Source: an uncultured Thermoleophilia bacterium (GTDB taxonomy: Bacteria > Actinomycetota > Thermoleophilia > UBA2241). From it: DNA of 64,000 nt. Below the pieces are notes generated by a model, which did no database searches, was not told the DNA's origin, and saw only the letters and a list, made by a program, of their open reading frames with translations. The position numbers and the translations under genes were made by a program. Each line of letters begins with the position of its first letter. The stretch's first letter is position 1. Shown one piece after another: positions 58,813 through 64,000 of the stretch. The stretch spans positions 15,919 to 79,918 of the forward strand of contig CAVZIA010000012.1 in the NCBI GenBank assembly GCA_963775255.1. The letters run 5' to 3'.

Positions 58813-59067
58813 GAAGCCGGCCCGCCGATGGGCGAGCCGGCCTCTGGACGCCGAATGTACCACCGGGCTCAAGCGTGTACAAGACACCCGTCGACAACTC
58901 CTCGAGGCCGAGAAAGCCCGTGCTGACGACGCATCCGGACCACGCCGTGTCGGCCGCCGTCCGCCGGCGTCCCGGCGACGTCACGGCAAACGCCGGCGGG
59001 CGGCCCGAGGGCCACCCGCCGGCGTCTCGCTGAGCGCGGCTCTCGCCGCGCGTCCTGTACGTGCCTG

Positions 59068-61224
59068 CTACTTGATGAGGAACGGGATGACGAGCAGGGC
59101 CACGATGTTGATGACCTTGATCATCGGGTTGATGGCCGGGCCGGCGGTGTCCTTGTAGGGATCGCCGACGGTGTCGCCGGTGACGGCGGCCGCGTGGGCG
59201 TCGGAGCCCTTGCCGCCGTACTCGCCGTCCTCGATGAGCTTCTTGGCGTTGTCCCAGGCGCCGCCGCCGGAGGTCATGCTGATGGCGAGGAAGATGCCGG
59301 TGATGATGCAGCCCATGAGCACGCCGCCGAGCACCTCGAACCCGTGCTGGCGGAAGGCGAGGCCGATGATGATGGGCGTGAGCACCGGGATCGCGGCCGG
59401 GAGAAGCATCTTGTTGATGGCCGACTTGGTGACGATGTCGACGGCCGTGGCGTAGTCCGGCTTCTGGCTGCCGTCCATGATGCCCGGCATCTCGCGGAAC
59501 TGACGACGGACCTCTTCCACGACCTGGCCGCCGGCCTTGCCGACCGCGGTCATGCAGAGCGACGCGAACAGGTACGGGAGCATGCCGCCGATGAACAGGC
59601 CGGCGAGCACCCACGGGTTGTCGATCATGAACTTGATGGTGTCGTGGAAGTTGTACTTCTGCAGGAAGTGCTCCTGCAGGTCGAGCGTGTACGAGACGAA
59701 CAGGATGAGGGCCGCGAACCCGGCGGAGCCGATGGCGTAGCCCTTGGTGATGGCCTTGGTGGTGTTGCCGACAGCGTCCAGAGGATCGGTGGTCTGGCGC
59801 ACGGACTCCGGCATGTTCGCCATCTCGGCGATGCCGCCGGCGTTGTCGGTGATGGGGCCGTAGGCGTCGATGGCGACGATGATGCCGGTCATGGAGAGCA
59901 TGGCCATGACGGCGACGGCGATGCCGTAGAGGCCCGCCTGCCCGCCGCCCGCGGCCGTGTAGCTCACGAGGATGCCGGCGGCGATGACGAGCACCGGCAG
60001 CGCCGTGGACTGCATGGAGACGGCGAGGCCCTGGATGATGTTGGTGGCGTGACCCGTGGTGCTCGCCTTGGCGATGCTCTTGACGGGGTTGTAGCGCGAC
60101 GCGGTGTAGTACTCGGTGATGACGACGATGAGTGCGGTGACGATGACGCCGGTGACGGCGGCGGCGAAGAGGCGGCCGACGGAAGGCACGCCGAAGACCC
60201 TGGCGACCGGGCTGCCGAGCATCCACTGCGTGATCGGGTAGAAGAGCACGATCGCGATGACGGCGGACACCGAGAGGCCCTTGTAGAGCGCGTTCATGAT
60301 GTTGTTGCTCTTGCCGAGGCGCACGAAGAAGGTGCCGATGATGCTGGCGATGATGCTGACGCCGCCGATGACCAGCGGGTACAGCACGGCCGGCTTGTAG
60401 GCGACGTCGGTGCTGACGTGGATCAGCAGGCCTTTGGCGGCGGTGGTGGCGCCCACGCCCACGCGGAACGTGAGGAAGGCGAGCAGCATCGCGGCCACGG
60501 CCGTGACGGCGTAGGTCTCGAACAGGTCGGCGGCCATGCCGGCGCAGTCGCCGACGTTGTCGCCCACGTTGTCGGCGATGACGGCCGGGTTGCGCGGGTC
60601 GTCCTCGGGGATGCCCGCCTCGACCTTGCCGACCAGGTCGGCGCCCACGTCGGCGGCCTTGGTGAAGATGCCGCCGCCGACGCGCGCGAACACGCTGATG
60701 AGGCTGCCGCCGAAGCCGAGCCCGACCAGCGCGGCGACGTCGCCGGTGATCCAGTAGTAGATGCTGACGCCGAGCAGCGCGAGGCCGACCACAAGCAGGC
60801 CGGTGACGGCGCCGCCGCGGAAGGCGACGGTGAGCGCGCGGCCAAGGCCCTGGCGCGCGGCCTCGGCGGTGCGCACGTTGACGCGCACGCTGACCATCAT
60901 GCCGATGTAGCCGGCGGCGGCCGAGAGGCAGGCGCCGATGACGAAGCCGACGGCGGCGTGCCAGCCGTACGTCCAGTCCTTGCCGATGCCGAGCGCTACC
61001 AGCAGGACGACGAAGACCACCACGCCGACCATGGCGATGGTGCGGTACTGCCTGGCCAGATAGGCCTTGGCGCCCTCCTGCACGGCGCCGGCGATCCGCT
61101 GCATGACCTCGTCGCCCGCAGGCAGCTTGAGCAGCCACCTGATGAGCAGCACACCGTAGATCACGGCGATCAGCCCGCAGATGACCGCCACGAGTATGGC
61201 GTTGTTGGATACGAACGAAGACAC
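59068..61224 (-). CDS. hppA: Membrane-bound H+-translocating pyrophosphatase, K+-independent type
   Basis: [30 protein letters not shown] (Lys variant), [18 protein letters not shown]. Confidence 0.95.
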   Translation of the reverse strand: MSSFVSNNAILVAVICGLIAVIYGVLLIRWLLKLPAGDEVMQRIAGAVQEGAKAYLARQYRTIAMVGVVVFVVLLVALGIGKDWTYGWHAAVGFVIGACLSAAAGYIGMMVSVRVNVRTAEAARQGLGRALTVAFRGGAVTGLLVVGLALLGVSIYYWITGDVAALVGLGFGGSLISVFARVGGGIFTKAADVGADLVGKVEAGIPEDDPRNPAVIADNVGDNVGDCAGMAADLFETYAVTAVAAMLLAFLTFRVGVGATTAAKGLLIHVSTDVAYKPAVLYPLVIGGVSIIASIIGTFFVRLGKSNNIMNALYKGLSVSAVIAIVLFYPITQWMLGSPVARVFGVPSVGRLFAAAVTGVIVTALIVVITEYYTASRYNPVKSIAKASTTGHATNIIQGLAVSMQSTALPVLVIAAGILVSYTAAGGGQAGLYGIAVAVMAMLSMTGIIVAIDAYGPITDNAGGIAEMANMPESVRQTTDPLDAVGNTTKAITKGYAIGSAGFAALILFVSYTLDLQEHFLQKYNFHDTIKFMIDNPWVLAGLFIGGMLPYLFASLCMTAVGKAGGQVVEEVRRQFREMPGIMDGSQKPDYATAVDIVTKSAINKMLLPAAIPVLTPIIIGLAFRQHGFEVLGGVLMGCIITGIFLAISMTSGGGAWDNAKKLIEDGEYGGKGSDAHAAAVTGDTVGDPYKDTAGPAINPMIKVINIVALLVIPFLIK

Positions 61225-61287
61225 AGTCTTGCTCCTTTCTTGACCCCTCCTACGCGGGCGCGGGGGGAGCGCCCGTCGCTTATGCCC

Positions 61288-62160
61288 TTAGCTCAGGTAC
61301 TTCCCGATGAGCAGGTCGAGCTTCTGCTTGGTCGCCGGCGGGATGAGCTCCGCCGGCGTGTTGATGGCGAACTCGACCGCGTGATTGCACGACTCGCAGT
61401 CGCGGCTGAGATCGAGAGCGCCCACGACGCGCCGGACGATGGCCTGCGCGGTGGCGACGTTGCGCCGGACGTTGCCCAGTACCTGGTCCAGCGTCACGTC
61501 TTCTTCGCCTTCATACCAGACGTCGTAGTCCGTGACCATCGCCATGGTGGCGTAACAGAGCTCTGCCTCGCGCGCCAGCTTGGCCTCCTGCAGGTTCGTC
61601 ATGCCGATGATGTCGAACCCGAGCTGCCGGTAGACGTTGCTCTCCGCGCGGGTGCTGAACTGCGGGCCCTCGATGCAGACGTAGGTGCCGCCCTCGTGCA
61701 CCGTGGCGCCGACCTCCCTGCCCGCCTCGACGATGAGCCTGCTGGTGTACGGGCAGAACGGGTCGGCGAACCCCATGTGCACGACCACACCGTCGCCGAA
61801 GAACGTGCTCGGCCGCGCCTTGGTGCGGTCGAACAACTGGTCCGGCACGACGACGTCGAGCGGCTTGAGCTCCTCGCGGAGGCTCCCGACGGCGCTGGCG
61901 GAGAGCACGTAGTGCACCCCCAGCGCCTTCATGCCCCAGATGTTGGCGCGGTAGTTGACCTCGCCCGGCAGGATGCGATGCCCGCGCGCGTGACGGGGCA
62001 GGAACGCCACACTCACGCCGTCGATCTCGCCGAGAAAGAACGAGTCGGACGGCTGTCCGAACGGTGTGTCGATGACCACTTCACGAGCGTTCTCGAGCAG
62101 CTCGTAGAACCCGGACCCGCCGATGACGCCGACGCTTGCAGACTCGGTGACTGCTGCCAC
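61288..62160 (-). CDS. mtnP: S-methyl-5'-thioadenosine phosphorylase
   Basis: IGGSG, FLPRH, EGPQFSTRAES, IIGMT, VTDYD. Confidence 0.92.
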   Translation of the reverse strand: MAAVTESASVGVIGGSGFYELLENAREVVIDTPFGQPSDSFFLGEIDGVSVAFLPRHARGHRILPGEVNYRANIWGMKALGVHYVLSASAVGSLREELKPLDVVVPDQLFDRTKARPSTFFGDGVVVHMGFADPFCPYTSRLIVEAGREVGATVHEGGTYVCIEGPQFSTRAESNVYRQLGFDIIGMTNLQEAKLAREAELCYATMAMVTDYDVWYEGEEDVTLDQVLGNVRRNVATAQAIVRRVVGALDLSRDCESCNHAVEFAINTPAELIPPATKQKLDLLIGKYLS

Positions 62161-62421
62161 GGGCGCCTCCCTTCTCATGGTAGCCGCGCGAAGTATACAG
62201 GTGCGCGCGACGCACTCAAAGGGCGGCGCTTGTCATCCACGATACGGACATGTTGACCGCATGGCGAAACGGCGGGTAGAGTCCGGCGGGCTGGCCAAAA
62301 CGGCCGGACCTCCCTCGCCGGAGGCCGTCCGGCGAGGTGATAATCTTCACGCACACGCAGCTGCCCGGCCGGCGCCCCACGTGTGAGCGTCGCCGGCCTC
62401 TTCCGCGCAAAGGAGCAAACG

Positions 62422-63120
62422 GTGCCCAAGAACAAGGTGGTCCCCATCGAGGAGGCGATGTCCCACATCAAGAGTGGGATGAGCATCGCCGTCGGCGGTT
62501 TCATCGGCCAGGGCGATCCGCTCACGCTGATCGATCACCTGAAGACGATGGACGTCGGCGACCTCACGATCTACGAGAACGACGCCGGCTACCGCGAGCG
62601 CGGCGTCGTCGAGCTGGTCAGGCAGGGCAAGATCAAGAAGGTCGTCGCCAGCCACATCGGCACCACTCCCGAGATCGGCAAGGCCATGAACGAGGGCCGC
62701 CTCGAGGTGGAGCCCACCCCGCAGGGCACGCTCGCCGAGATGATGCGTTGCGGCGGCGCGGGCCTCGGCGGCTTCCTCACGCCCACCGGCATCGGCACCG
62801 TCGCCGAAGAGGGCAAGCAGATCATCGAGCTGGACGGGCGCAGGTACATCCTCGTGCCGTCGCTCAAGTGCGACGTCGCCATCATCCGCGCGCACGCCGG
62901 CGACACGTGGGGCAACCTCATCTACCGCGGCACGTCGCGGAACTTCAACGTGCCGGCGGCCACCTGCGCCGACTACGTCATCGCCGAGGTCGAGAACCTC
63001 TACACCATGGGTGAGCTCGACCCCAACGCCATCCACACCCCCGGCATCTTCGTCGATGCGGTGGTGCGCGCCAACATCGACTACTGCGTCATCCGGGAGG
63101 AGAAGTTCAATGGCCAGTGA
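62422..63120 (+). CDS. Family I CoA-transferase, subunit A (AtoD/ScoA-like)
   Basis: VGGF, PQGTLAE, G.GGFLTPTG.GT, GNL.YR, HTPGIFVD. Confidence 0.92.
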   Translation: MPKNKVVPIEEAMSHIKSGMSIAVGGFIGQGDPLTLIDHLKTMDVGDLTIYENDAGYRERGVVELVRQGKIKKVVASHIGTTPEIGKAMNEGRLEVEPTPQGTLAEMMRCGGAGLGGFLTPTGIGTVAEEGKQIIELDGRRYILVPSLKCDVAIIRAHAGDTWGNLIYRGTSRNFNVPAATCADYVIAEVENLYTMGELDPNAIHTPGIFVDAVVRANIDYCVIREEKFNGQ

Positions 63121-63784
63121 CGCGAAGAAGATCATCGCCGCCCGCGCCGGCCAGGAGCTCAAGGACGGGCAGATCATCAACCTGGGCATCGGGCTCCCGA
63201 CGCTCATCGCCAACTACGTGCCCGAGGGCGTCGACGTGGTCATCCAGACCGAGAACGGCGCCGTCGGCGTCGGCCCGGCGCCCGACCCCGGCTGCGAGGA
63301 CCGCGACCGCGCCAACGCCGGCAACCAGCCCATCACGCTCATCCCCGGCGGCAGCTACTTCGACAGCGCCACCTCGTTCGGCATGATCCGCGGCGGCCAC
63401 CTGGACGCCACCTTCCTCGGCACCCTGCAGGTCGACGAGAAGGGCAACATCGCCAACTGGATCGTGCCCGGCAAGATGCTCGCCGGCATGGGCGGCGCCA
63501 TGGACCTCATCACCGGCGCCAAGATCGTCCACATCGTCACCGAGCACTGCTCCAAGGACGGCGCGTCAAAGCTCATGAAGCAGTGCACGTTCCCGCTCAC
63601 CGGCGCGGAAGAGGCCGACGTCATCATCACCGAGCGGGCGCTGTTCCGCCGCTATCCCGACAAGGGCTGGGTGCTCGAGGACGTGGCCGTCGGCCACACG
63701 CTGGACGACATCGCCGCCTGCACCGACATGGCGTACGCGGTCGCCGACGACGTCAAGCTGGATGCGTACGGCGGCGACGCGTAG
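63110..63784 (+). CDS. Family I CoA-transferase, subunit B (AtoA/ScoB-like)
   Basis: NLGIGLPT, QTENG (catalytic Glu), IRGGH.D, GMGGAMDL. Confidence 0.92.
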   Translation: MASDAKKIIAARAGQELKDGQIINLGIGLPTLIANYVPEGVDVVIQTENGAVGVGPAPDPGCEDRDRANAGNQPITLIPGGSYFDSATSFGMIRGGHLDATFLGTLQVDEKGNIANWIVPGKMLAGMGGAMDLITGAKIVHIVTEHCSKDGASKLMKQCTFPLTGAEEADVIITERALFRRYPDKGWVLEDVAVGHTLDDIAACTDMAYAVADDVKLDAYGGDA

Positions 63785-63846
63785 CGTTTTCGCACCTCTC
63801 CCCCGCGGTATGTCTGCAGCACCACGCACCGCGAAGGGAGCCACCA

Positions 63847-64000
63847 GTGACCAAGCTCATCGACGAGTTCAGCCGCAAAGAGTGGAAGGACTGCTGCGGC
63901 AAGGGCTGTAAGAAGTGCCGCATAGCGCAGGCCTACATCGAGAAGTACGGCGGCCGCAAGCTGGGCCTGGAGAAGCTGAACGCCGACCGCGACGCCGTCA
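63847..64000 (+). CDS. Small Cys-motif protein, truncated by the window end
   Basis: AAGGGAG RBS, GTG start; CCGKGCKKC motif. Confidence 0.55.
   Translation, partial: MTKLIDEFSRKEWKDCCGKGCKKCRIAQAYIEKYGGRKLGLEKLNADRDAV

Overview
High-GC bacterial chromosome segment, most consistent with an anaerobic, deep-branching Actinomycetota lineage (inferred from GC content, many leaderless genes, hydroxyacyl-CoA dehydratase activases and a membrane pyrophosphatase). Most of the window is housekeeping or accessory: RND and MFS transporters, a ferritin-like protein, a DinG-exonuclease fusion, an MNT-HEPN toxin-antitoxin pair, hisG, ABC-F, a MutY-like glycosylase, an amidase, a TrkA/APC-USP cluster, hppA, mtnP, a CoA-transferase and tRNA-Phe. 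The standout is a locus next to the tRNA-Phe 3' end (about 49.9-54.5 kb). A sigma28-like promoter and a c-di-GMP-I riboswitch precede a secreted subtilase whose C-terminus is a Trp-periodic pentapeptide array ((W/S)TKFR x9). That gene overlaps a multi-TM membrane-sensor PP2C phosphatase, followed by an RsbW-like kinase and a STAS protein, with a radical SAM enzyme transcribed divergently. This could be an undescribed protease-encoded peptide signalling system or a fused-precursor RiPP system. Other leads are two similar ~50-aa peptides behind a near-consensus promoter, tandem leaderless HTH-GAF regulators, and a recurring sigma28-type promoter motif. All family assignments come from motif recognition by eye; no searches were run.
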